Of a stretch of DNA of 20,000 bases, positions 10,197 to 20,000 are shown one piece after another; within the stretch, counting starts at the first letter, position 1, and each line of letters starts with the position of its first letter. The translations under genes were made by a program, and so were the position numbers. Source of the DNA: Scenedesmus sp. PABB004 (lineage: Eukaryota); the NCBI GenBank assembly GCA_014905635.1, contig JABVCE010000022.1:671690-691689 (forward strand), read 5' to 3'. The notes under the pieces are model-generated. The model was not told the origin of the DNA and did no database searches. It saw only the letters and a list, made by a program, of their open reading frames with translations.

Positions 10197-10966
10197 TGCC
10201 TCGGCGAGGCGTGCGCCAACGCCTAGCGGCCGGGCCCGGCGCGGGGCGTGCGGGAGCCCATGAGGGGCGGTGTGCTTGGGGGACCGTCTCTGCGGGCGCG
10301 CGGGGGCAGCGGGGCACCTGGCGACGCGCGAGGCGGTGCGCGCGCAGTCGCCTCAACCATGTCGCGACTGGCTGTCAGGCGCGAGGCGACGCCTGGCCTC
10401 GCCAAAAACTGCGCGGCCAGGGTGGCGGGGCGCGCGCAGCTGCTTGGCGCGCGGCGGCGGCCGCCGACGGCCGCGCGCGCCGGCCTCATCCACAGCCAGG
10501 CACCAGCAACCCACCACCGCCAACGCGCCGCCCCTGCCAGCGCTGCGCAGCAGCAAGCCATGCGCACCTGCCAGCCCGCCGAGCGGGGCGGCGAGCTGTG
10601 GCGCGCGCGCCCGCCTGAGCTCGCGCCGCCCCGCGCGCTGCCGCGCAGGACGCAGCGCGGCGCCTGGTCGCGCGAGCGGCGTGGTGGAGCTCAACCTCAT
10701 CGCGGAGGACACAAACCAGTACGGCCAGCACAGGTGCGGCCGCGCGGGGCAGCCGGCTTGCTGGCCGAGGCGTCGTTGCCGCTGTGCGCGTCGGAGCACG
10801 CACCCGTGCAGGCGCGCGACGGCCGCGGCGACCGATCGGCAAGCAAGAGTTCCAGCATTGCAACAGCAACTCCGGAGCACGCCCGGCGGCGCGACGGCGC
10901 CCTGCGCGCCCACCTGCCAGCCACGCGCGCGCCGCTCGCCCCGCTCGCGCGCCCACTCTGCCGCCC

Positions 10967-12037
10967 TCACTCCGACGTGACGTCGATGGCCGGCCCCTCG
11001 CCGGCCTGCTGCTGCCGCTGCTGTGCGCCGCGGCGCCAGCTGCCCTCGCCGGCGGCGAGGCGGCCGGGGCCGCCCGGCTGCCGGCCCGGCGCCGGCTTGC
11101 GGGCGCGAAGCTTCGCGGCCGCCACGGCCTGCCCGTCGCCCCGGGGCACGCCGGCTGCGGCCTCCGCTGCGTCGCCGGTCGGCTGCTGCGGCTTGGGGTC
11201 GGGGCTGGCCGCGTCGTCGGCGCCCGCGCGCTCGGCGCCGTGCGCGCCGTCGCCGCTGGTGGCCGCCGAGCCGCTGGCGCCGCCGTAGGGCATGAGCACC
11301 TCCTCCAGCCGCGCCGGCGGCGCACCCGCGCCACACCCCCACCCGGCGCCCGGGCTGATCAGCTGGCCCACGCTCTTGAGCGTGCCCAGGAACAGCTTGG
11401 AGCCGGCCTCGCCCGCCCCCGCCGGCGCCGGGGGCGGCGCCGCCTGCTGCGCTTGCTGCCGCTGGGGCCGCGCCGCCGTCTGCCCCGTCGCGCGCGCAAA
11501 CGCCGCCTTGCCCCGCTCGACTGCGCTCCCCACGGCGCTGCCCAGCATCGCCTCCACCTGCCGCGCAACGTTCGGCCTGACGGCCTCCGCGCGCGCGCGC
11601 TGCGCCGCCTGCGCGTCGCGCCCCTGTGCCAGCGCGGCGCGCGGCGGCGCTGGCCGCGGCGCCAGCTGCTCGCCGCCGCGCGGTGCGCCCCCGCTGCTGT
11701 CGTCGCTGCCGCTGCTCAGCAGGTCGCACGTCTCCGGGGGCGGCCTGCCCGCCTGCTGTGGGCTCAGCTCCAGCTCCAGCTGGGAGCGCCCGCCCTCGCC
11801 CGCGCTGCCGCCGCCCTCGCTGGCGCTCTGCGCGGCCTCCTCCTCCAAGCAGCGCCGCGCCAGCTGCGCCTGCTCCTCCTCTGTGGGGGGCCGCGGCGCC
11901 TCGCCGGGCCGGAGCACGACGCCGCGCGCTTGCGCCGGCCGCTCCGGCCCGCCCTCGCCGCCGCGCGCCCCAGCTGCTGCGCCGCCGCCGCGCCGCCTGC
12001 CCTGGCGGCCCTGCTGCTGCTGCTGCTGCTGCTGTTG

Positions 12038-12084
<47 letters not shown>

Positions 12085-13407
12085 GCTGGCCCCGCTCGCG
12101 CTGCTCCATGTGCGCGCCCAGGACCTGCTCGAGCCCCCGCTGGGCGACGTCCTTGATCGCCGCCTGCCCGCCGCGAGCGGGTCAGCAGTGTCGCGCGGCG
12201 CGGCGTGAGAGGGCGGCGGCAGCAGCGCAGAGCTCGCAGCAGGCAGCCCTGCTGGCTTGGGAGCAGCCCCGCGCAGGCGTGCAGGGCAGCAAGCTGCGTG
12301 CGGCGCGGGCGCGCGCCGCTCACCAGCAGTGGGCGCAGCAGCTCCTCACCCAGCTCCTCGTCCAGCGCGGGCAGCTGCGCGGTGATGAGGGCCAGCATGC
12401 GCCGCGCCTCACCCGGCGGCACCGCCGCCGTGCCGACCTTGCTGGCCAGGTCGCTGCCCAGGTGCGCAAACGTGCTCTCCAGGCCTGCGCCGGCGCAGCG
12501 TGCGGCGTGCGCGGCAGATGCGTCGGGGCCCGCAGCGCCCCCGCGGCGGCGGCGGCTGCGCCTGTGGCGGCCACCTTTGCGCCGGGGCAAGCGTCCCCAT
12601 GACTCACGCTTGCTCAGGTCCGTCACTGCGTGCGGGTTGTCGCCAGCCGCCGCAGCCAGCAGCCACAGCGCCTTCTCCCTGTGGTCGTCGGCCGCCGCCG
12701 CGCCTGGGCTGCAGTCGTCGTCGCTGCACAGGTCGACCGTGTCAGCACCAGGCCCGCCCTGCTCGTCCATATCCATGGCCTGCGGCTGCTGCGCCTGCGG
12801 CGGCGAGGCCGGCGGCGGCGCGTCCACATCCATGGCCTCGGCCTGCGTTGCGTCGGCGCAAACAGGCGGGGGCGCACAGCCTTAGCGGCAGCTGTCGCTG
12901 CAGGACTGTGATGCCAGACAGCTGCGTGGCTGGACACCCCACCCCACCCCCCGGGCTGGGCCGCCCACCTGGTGCGTGCAGCGCGCCGGCTGCGCCTGGC
13001 CGCCCTGGCGTGCTGCTGCCGGCCCCTCCTCGGCTGCGGACGTGTCCTGGTCGCTGGTGCACGCCGACTCGCCCGCGTCATCAAAGGTCCTCAGCGGAGC
13101 CCGCTGCCCTGCTGGCACCTTGACGCCGCACCCGGACGGGCCCTGCTGCTGCTCCTGCTGCTGCTCCTGCTGCTGCGGCTGCGGCTGCTGCTGCTGCTGC
13201 TGCTGCCGCTGCCGCGCCTGTCGCTTGCCGGGCGGCTGCTCCTGGGCGCGGTCGTCGCTGTCGCTGTCGCTGCACCACTCGGGCACGCCCGGGTGCAGCC
13301 GCTTGACGGCCACGCTCTGGGGCTCCCAGTTTTCGTCGTCGTCCAGCAGCTTTCCCCCGCCGCCTGCCACGCCGGCAGCTGCGGGCTGCTGGTGCTGGTG
13401 CTGCTGT

Positions 13408-13452
<45 letters not shown>

Positions 13453-16400
13453 AGCTGCTGCTGGTGCTCCTGTCGCGCGAGCTCCGCCTGGGTTGGTCGC
13501 CGCGCGCCGGCGGCGCCGCGCTTGCGCTGCGCCAGGTGCTGCCGGTGCTGCTGCAGCGCCTCGTGCACACGCGGCCAGTAGTCGGCAGGCTCCACGTACG
13601 CGTACACGGGGCTCAGCCTGCGGCGCCACACGCGGCGGGGGCGCGCCGCGGCTCAGGGGCGGCGCGGCGCGCAGCGGCGCAGCGCCAGCGCCGGCGCGTG
13701 CCGCGCGGGGCGCCTCACTCTCCGGGCTCCTTTTGCTGTTCCACGCGCGCGCGCGCGGCGTCCACGGCCGCGTGGTAGTCGGCCACCTCCGCCACCGCCG
13801 CGGCGACGGCCGTGGCGTGCTTGTCGGGCGCCTGGTCGACCATGAGCTGCAGCAGCTCCGCCCGCAGGCGCGCGCGCAGGCACGACGCGACGGCAGGGTC
13901 AAACCACGCCTCGCTCAGCAGCAGCGGCTGGTGCGCGCAGAGGGCGCCTGCGGCGGCGGCGGCGGCGGCACGCGCAGGCGCGGCGGGGGCGTCGCGGCGC
14001 GGCGGGGCCGTGGAGCGAGCGCAGTGCCGCTGGTCCGAGGAGCACCCGCGCTGAGCGGCAGCGCCGGGGCGTCGGCGGGGATGCGCACCCGTGCCCTTCC
14101 TGTTGGCCTCCACCGCGGCGATGCTGATGACGCGCGGCGCGGCGGCGGCGAAGAAGTTGGCATACGTCAGCACAAACAGCCCGCAGTCGCAGTGGTTGTC
14201 CTGCTTGGGCAGCCACGCCAGGCGCTTGAACGGCAGCGCCTGCGCGGCCGCGCGGCGGGGGGAGGGCGTCGCGGCAGCCGGCGGCCAGGGGCCGCGTGCG
14301 GCGGCGCTGCGCGCGCAGCGAGCGGTGAGCGCAGCGCGCGCAGCGCGACGCACCTGGCCGCTCAAGTCGAGCGCCTCTGGCGCTGCCGCCTGCGCGCCGT
14401 CCGCTTGCGCCGGCGCGCGCTCCCGCTCCGCGCGCGCCTTCCACTCCTGCTCCAGGTACGTCCGCAGCGCAGGGGCGACCAGCCGGCTGCCGTTGTTGTG
14501 GCCGCCTGGCGCGTGCGCGCGGCGCGGGGGGGGGGGGGGGGGGCTCAAAGCGCGCACGAACCAGCCACCACACCCCCCCCCCCCAGCGCCCCCCGTCCCG
14601 CGCGCGAGAGTTGAGGCGCCGCACCCGCCATGCTGTCCAGGTGCAGGATGCAGGGCGTCGCCGCCGGCGCTGCGTCGCAGGCGGTCCCCGGCTGCCCCGC
14701 CGTCGTCGCCGCCTGGCGCGCGATGGCTGCCGCGCCCGCCGGCGTGCGGGCCGCGCCGCCCGTCGCGCCGGCGCCGAGCAGGCGCGGGTGGCAGACGATG
14801 GCGAGGCTCCAGTGCAGCGCGTCGTGGATGGGCACGACCAGGAAGTCTTTGCCAAAGATGTCCACGCCCTGCGCCGCACGCGGGCGGCGGGCAGCGCGGG
14901 CAGTGGGCGCGCCGGGCGCAGGCGCGCGCGCCGCTGCCGTGCCGCGCGCGCGCCACCCCGCCGCCCCCGCCGCGGCGCGCGCCTTGGTCCACGACTTGAC
15001 GCGCGCGTGGCTGCGCTGCGCGGCGGCGGCCTTGCCGGGCTTGGCGGCGCCCGTGTCGCGCTCGGTGAGCTTTTTGAAGAAGAAGGAGTTGAAAAAGTGC
15101 CACCGCCCCGCCTCGCCCGCCGGCAGCGAGCTCTCCAGGCGCCTGCGCGCAGCGGCGGGGCCCTGTGCACGCGCGCGCGCGTGCAATGGCGCGCCGCGCC
15201 GCGCCGCGCCGCGCGCGCCGGGCCCGCCCGCTGCGCCCCTGCCCTCCCCCCCCCCCTCACTTGAGCGCGTAGTCGATGACCGTGTCGTTCAGGAACTCGT
15301 CCGGGTCGAGGCGGGCGAGGTCGTCCGGCGTCACGCGCACAGCGCCGCGGCCGCCGCCGGTCGGGAACAGCGCCGCCAGGCCCTGCGGCGCCGGCGCGGT
15401 ACGTGGGCGCGGGCAGGCACGTGGCGAGGCGCCAACGTGGCACGCTGCGCGGCGGCACGCGGCGCGCGGGCGTGCACCGCAAACTTGATGGCCGCGCCGG
15501 GGCCGATGTCGACGCTGATGCGCGCGCTGCGCCGCCGCGCCGCGCCGTCCTCCTGCTGCGCCAGCTCGGGCGCGGCGCCGTCGTCGCCGTCGTCGTCGCT
15601 GTCGCCGATGGTGATGGGCGTGTCCTGCGTGTCGCGCCGCGCCGCCTCAGCGCGCCGCGCCCAGCCCCGCGCTTGCGGCGCGCCGCGGCGCACGCCCACC
15701 TTGCTGCCGTGCCTGCTCGACCGCGCAGCGGCGCTGCCACGCTTGCTGGCGCCCCCAGCTGCGCCGCCACCCACGCGCGCCGGGGCCTGCGCGGGCACCT
15801 TGTCCGAGCGCAGCGGGGCGGCCTGCGGGGGTGCAGCGGGCACGCCCCGTGTGTGCAAGAGCGCTCGAGCAGCGCCCGCCCGTGATTGCGTCGGGCCGCC
15901 GCACCGCTGCTCTCACCTGCACGCGCCCCGGCGGCACGCTGCACTTGCCGCAGACCTTGCCATGCGCGTGCGCGATGCTGCTCGGCGGCAGGGGGCCCCC
16001 GCACTTGCTGCACTTGGCCGCCACGCTCCTGCGCAGCAGGCGCGGCCGCAGCCGCTCAGACGCGGGGTGGGGCGGCTGCGCGCTGTTGCAGCACAGGCCG
16101 CGGTGCGCAGCGGCACGCGCCCCGCAGCTCACCAGCCCTCCGTGCCGGCGCCGGCGCTGCTCAGGCCGGCAGGCCCCTTGAGCGGCTGGGAGGGCGTCAG
16201 CATCAGCTTTGGCCCCCACTGCTGCTGCTGCTGCAGCGGCAGCTCGGCCTTGTACTTGGCCACAGCCGTTTGGTGCTTGGGCGGCTCCTTGTACTGGTGC
16301 TGCTCGTACACGCCTGCGCGGCGCGGCAGCAGAGGTGTGTGAGGGCGCGCAAGCAAAGGCGGCGCGCCGGCGCGCGAGCGCTGCGGCGGCGGCGTGCCCC

Positions 16401-17290
16401 CCCCCCCCCCTCCCAAGCTGCCACGCACTCCGCTCGCGCGCCGTCGGCGCCGCCGGCGGCCCCAGCGCATGCGGGTAGTCCAGCGCCACGCCGCGCCCCA
16501 CTGGCGCGCCCCGCACCGCCGGCGCCATCGCCGCCGCCTGGCGGCTGCTGTTGGCGCCGCGCGGGGGTTGTGGGCGCCGCGGCCCTGCGAGTGACGTGCG
16601 CGGGCGAGCGCCGTGAGCGCTGCGAGGCCAGGCCCAGCGGGGCGAGCCGCGCACGCGGTCCGCGCCAGGCCGCGCCACAGCCACCACGGCACCCACTTGG
16701 CCTTGGCGAAACCACCCCGCAGGACCGACTGGTGCGTGCCCAGGGTGCTGCGCACCGCCCGAGGGCGCCAGCAGCTGGTCCGCCTGCTGCTGCTGCCTCT
16801 GCTGCTGCTGCTGCTGCTGCTGCGGCGGGCGCGCACGTGCGGCGCGCGCCAGGTTCAGTCTGTGGGACGGCGGCGCGCGAAGCCCGCGCGCCGGCCCAGT
16901 GGGGGCGCTGCGGCTGCCGCCCACCTGTATCAAGGCCTTGCCGCGCTCCGCGCGCTGGCCCAGGATGACTGCCGCGCGAATGCTGGTGATCATGGCGCTG
17001 AGCTTGGTCTCGTTCTTGTTGTCGAGGATGCCCGCCAGCGAGTTGCGGTTGCTGGCCAGCTTGCTCTGCAGGTCCTGGAGGGTGGGAGACACCCTGCGGG
17101 CCTTCTCGGCCAGCGCCTCCAGGTCGGCCTCGCTCAGGTCGGTCAGGTCCCGCTCGCCCGGCAGCGGCGCGGGGTCCCTGGGGTCCGCCTTGAGCGCCCG
17201 CATCGCCTGCGCAGCTGGATCCATGGCGCCTGCCCCCCCGAAGTCTGCGCAGAGGTGCTCATACGCCGGGCTGCGCCGCGGCTGCGCCAT
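10967..17290 (-). CDS. SUMO (ubiquitin-like) protease, peptidase C48 family, OTS1/ULP1c-d-like; 17 exons, ~1503 aa
   Basis: Phase-consistent exons (minus strand): 17290-16925, 16819-16693, 16584-16429, 16313-16133, 16028-15917, 15822-15700, 15624-15478, 15382-15261, 15142-14983, 14868-14625, 14505-14354, 14239-14089, 13947-13719, 13617-12969, 12842-12608, 12484-12324, 12163-10967. Catalytic domain: [59 protein letters not shown] (His), ILHLDS (Asp), PKQDNHCDCGLFVL (Gln/Cys), WFDPAVASCLR. Terminal exons are less certain than the core. Confidence 0.9.
12011..12083 (-). repeat. (CAG)n microsatellite encoding a >20-residue polyglutamine tract in the SUMO protease C-terminal region
   Basis: A (ctg)n run on the + strand with two ttg interruptions, in frame with the last exon. 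Further polyQ tracts lie at ~13143-13205, ~13385-13462 and ~16785-16822. Confidence 0.9.
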
Positions 17291-17628
17291 GCGGCGCGCC
17301 GGCGTGCCGCCGCTGCTGCAGCGCGCCCCGCGGGCCGCGCCGCATCACAGGCCGGCCGCCCGCCGGCGAGGTCGAAGCGGGAGAGGGCGCGGGCGTGGGC
17401 CCGTGCGGCGTCGGGCGAGCGCCGGGGCGCGGGTCGGGCGCAGCAGCACAGCAGCACGAGCCTGATGCCGCGTCGCTGTCGCCGTGCGCCTGAGCGCCGC
17501 ACGCGCGCGGCAGGCGCTGAGCCGCCTGTTAGTGCGGCGGGGCGTGGCTGGAATGGGGCGGGGCGCGCGAGGGGGCGAGCGGCGTCGGCTGCAGGCGGCG
17601 TGCGTTTCAGTCGCCCGACGCTGCGCCC

Positions 17629-17668
<40 letters not shown>

Positions 17669-17716
17669 CCGCCGCTGACACGCCGGCGCCTCCCCGCTGC
17701 GGCCGCCCGCCTCGCG

Positions 17717-19721
17717 TCAGACCGCCGCCGCCTCGGCGCGCGCGGGCAGGCCGTCGACCTGGCGCGCCGCCGCCGCCGCGGCGGTGAGGGCGCGGATGTC
17801 GCGGCACGCGGCGCCGCCCTGGACGAGCAGGTGGCGGCCGAAGCGCAGCGCGCGGCGCTCGCACGCGGCGCGCGCGTCGTCGCTGGCGATGCTGTCCATG
17901 TCGGCCGTGTGCGCGATGCCAACGAGGCGGCGGATGATGAACGCGCCCGCAAAGCCCACGGCGTCGGCAAAGAGCTCGGCCAGCAGCGCTGACTGGCAGG
18001 CCGCGAGCGCGGCGCGGCCGTTGGCGGCGGCGCTGCCCAGCAGCGCCGGCGGGCAGAGGTCGCCGCCGGCGTCCGCCTTGGCCGTCCAGAGCTCCAGGAA
18101 CCTGCGGCGCGCGCGAGGCGCTGAGCGCCAGGCAGGGCGGGCGGGCCCGCCCCCCTCGGCGCCCCCGCTGGCCGGGCCACGCCGTGCGCCGCACCGCGCG
18201 GTGAAGGTGTCCCACAGCTCGGCGATGCAGTCCAGCAGCCACGCGCGCTGCGCCGCCCTGCTGGCCGCGCCCGGCGCGGCCTCGTGGCCGTCGCTGGCGA
18301 AGAAGGCGATGAGCAGCTCGGCCGTGATCTTGGCGGGGTCAAACGCCAGCGGGCCCATGAACGCAAACTCGGGGTCGATCACCTTGCTGGCCTCGCCGGT
18401 CACCTGTGAGCGGCGCGCGCGCGGCGGCCCTCGGCGGCGGGGGCGGCGCGCGCGACGGGCCCGCCGCGCGGCGGGCCGCGTCGGCGGCGGCGCACCATGA
18501 TGCTGCCCGTGTGCAGGTCGCCGTGGACGAGGGCGTCTGCGTTGCAGCAGAACTTGCGCTTGAGCGCGGTCACGGCGGCCTTGGCCTCCGCGTCGCCGCG
18601 CAGCGCGGCCGCGTCGGCGTCGAGGTGGGGGCTGGTCCAGCGGTTGTGGTGCGAGTCGGTGTAGGGGTCTGTGAAGATGACCTGCTCGGTCAGCGCACAG
18701 AGGTCCGGGTTTGTGAACCGCACCACCAGCTCCCTGAAGCCGCGCGAGTCGAGGGCGAGCAGGCTGGTGTTGAAGAGCGTGTCGGCGAGGAAGCGGCCCG
18801 TGTGCCGCCCGACGGCGGGGAAGGTGCGGCCCGCCACGATCGCGTGGCGCAGGATGACGGCGGGCGCGCCCAGCAGCTCCATGACCACCACCGCGGCGGC
18901 GGGGTCGTACTGGTACACCTGCCGCGCGCGTGCGCGCGTGTGTGTGTGTGTGGGGGGGGGGCATGTCAGCGCGCGCCGCCGCGGGCGCGCGTGGGTGTGG
19001 GCGGGGCAGGGCGGGGCGGGGCGGCGGGCCGCAGCCGCGCCGACCTCGGGCACGTGGTCGGGGCAGAGCTTGTGCTCCAGCTGCAGCGCCTCCGCCTCGA
19101 TGCGCGCGCGGTCCTGGCTCAGCGGCCAGCCCTCGCCCACGCAGCGCACGTACGGCAGCGCCTGCTTCACGCACACGCCCCCAGCTGGGCCCTGCGAGCG
19201 CGGTTGCCGGCGGCGGCGGCATATGGTGGTGGCGCCGCCGCGAGACTGCGAGCGCGCGGGTGCGCCGGCTGGCCCCGGCCCACCAAGCCCATGCGCGCGC
19301 GAGGCGGTCACCTTGACGATGTACACAAAGTTGAGGTTGCCGTCCCCCACCTTCTCCACGGACCAGCTGCCCTCGCTGCCAGGCGGGCCCACCCGCGCCG
19401 CCAGCGCGGGCCGCGCCGCGAGGAAGGCCGCGACGCCGACGGTGCCGAGCGCGCTCACGCCGCTGCTGGCCTTGGCCGCGGGCGCGGCGCCTGGCGCGGG
19501 CGGGGGCGCGAGCTCAGCTTGGCAGCTGGGTGCAGGCGGCCGGCGGCCGGCGCCGCCAGCGCGCAGCCCCCGGCCTGCCGCAGCGCGCGCGAGCGCGGCG
19601 TACCGGCGCTGCCTGCGGGCGCCGCCGCGGCGCCGAGGCGCGCGGCGCGTGCAGCCATGAAGTCGGCCACGCGGTGCGCGCCGCTGGCGGCGTCGCGGGG
19701 CACGAGGCCCTCCTCGGTGAT
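17717..19721 (-). CDS. mtnK: 5-methylthioribose kinase (methionine salvage), 5'-truncated by the telomere; in-frame upstream remnant resembles the C-terminus of MTR-1-P isomerase
   Basis: Exons (minus strand): 19721-19604, 19490-19312, 19191-19045, 18918-18496, 18403-18195, 18101-17717. MTK motifs: VGDGNLNFVYIV, VKQALPYVRCVGEGWPL, LTEQVIFTDPY, LVHGDLHTGSIM, VIDPEFAFMGP, IIRRLVGIAH. The first in-frame ATG is at 19658 (465 aa product), but the frame stays open up to the telomere junction (ITEEGLVPRDAASGAHRVADFM). Confidence 0.93.
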
Positions 19722-19722
19722 G

Positions 19723-20000
19723 GTTTAGGATTAGGGTTAGGGTTCGGGTTAGGGTGTAGGTTTTAGTTTTTAGGTTTTAGGTTTTAGGTTTTAGGTTTTT
19801 AGGTTTTTAGGTTTTAGGTTTTAGGGTTGTAGGTTTTAGGGTTTAGTTTTAGGGTTTAGGGTTTAGGGCTTAGGGTTTAGGGTTTAGGTTTTAGGGTTAG
19901 GGTTTAGGTTTTAGGGTTTAGGGTTTAGGGTTTAGGGTTTAGGGTTTAGGGTTTAGGGTTTAGGGTTTAGGGTTTAGGGTTTAGGGTTTAGGGTTTAGGG
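19723..20000 (+). repeat. Telomeric repeat array (TTTAGGG)n, with degenerate variants at the proximal end
   Basis: The G-rich strand runs 5'->3' toward the window end. It is pure TTTAGGG after ~19925; TTAGGG, TTTTAGG, TTTTAGGG and other variants lie between 19723 and ~19925. Confidence 0.98.

Noticed and set aside
11292..13581. Poly-Cys and poly-Leu ORFs on the + strand (metallothionein-like or membrane-like)
   Set aside because: They are antisense readings of the CAG/polyQ tracts of the SUMO protease.
14526..14584. Long G and C homopolymer runs (also ~6336-6351, ~15246-15256, ~16397-16410, ~18952-18961) as regulatory G-quadruplexes or hairpins
   Set aside because: They are intronic or UTR homopolymers, common in such genomes and of unreliable length. 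Nothing specific supports a function.
593..19603. Introner-type (transposon-derived) introns explaining the high intron density and GC donors
   Set aside because: By eye the introns share no sequence family or terminal inverted repeats beyond general GC-rich low complexity. An all-vs-all intron alignment would be needed to revisit this.
137..19766. Dozens of long overlapping Arg/Ala/Pro/Gly-rich ORFs in all six frames (e.g. 8436-9761 +, 14630-16342 +, 16613-17992 +, 3272-4765 -)
   Set aside because: Stop codons are rare at this GC content. These ORFs are shadows or antisense frames of the real spliced genes, or intron read-through, and have no recognisable motifs.

Overview
Right-hand chromosome end of a very GC-rich, intron-dense eukaryote. 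The TTTAGGG telomere, TGTAA poly(A) signal and short GC-rich introns suggest a chlorophyte green alga (Selenastraceae-like; inference). Manual splicing gives five genes: (1) a 17-exon Argonaute (+, 535-6025) with an RGG-repeat N-terminus and intact DEDH tetrad, but two 1-bp deletions in repeat exon 3; (2) a 4-exon C2-like gene (+, ~6505-7975) with no obvious 5' end; (3) an intronless low-complexity ORF with PP1-docking-like motifs (-, 8682-10196); (4) a 17-exon OTS/ULP1d-like SUMO protease (-, 10967-17290); (5) a methylthioribose kinase (-, 17717-~19721). The most striking feature is that the telomere is joined directly inside a coding exon of gene 5. The last ~21 codons before the repeats resemble the C-terminus of methylthioribose-1-phosphate isomerase, so this looks like an MtnA-MtnK fusion gene decapitated by telomere healing. 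Four of the 40 modelled introns have GC donors. Most ORFs in the supplied track are GC-content artefacts.
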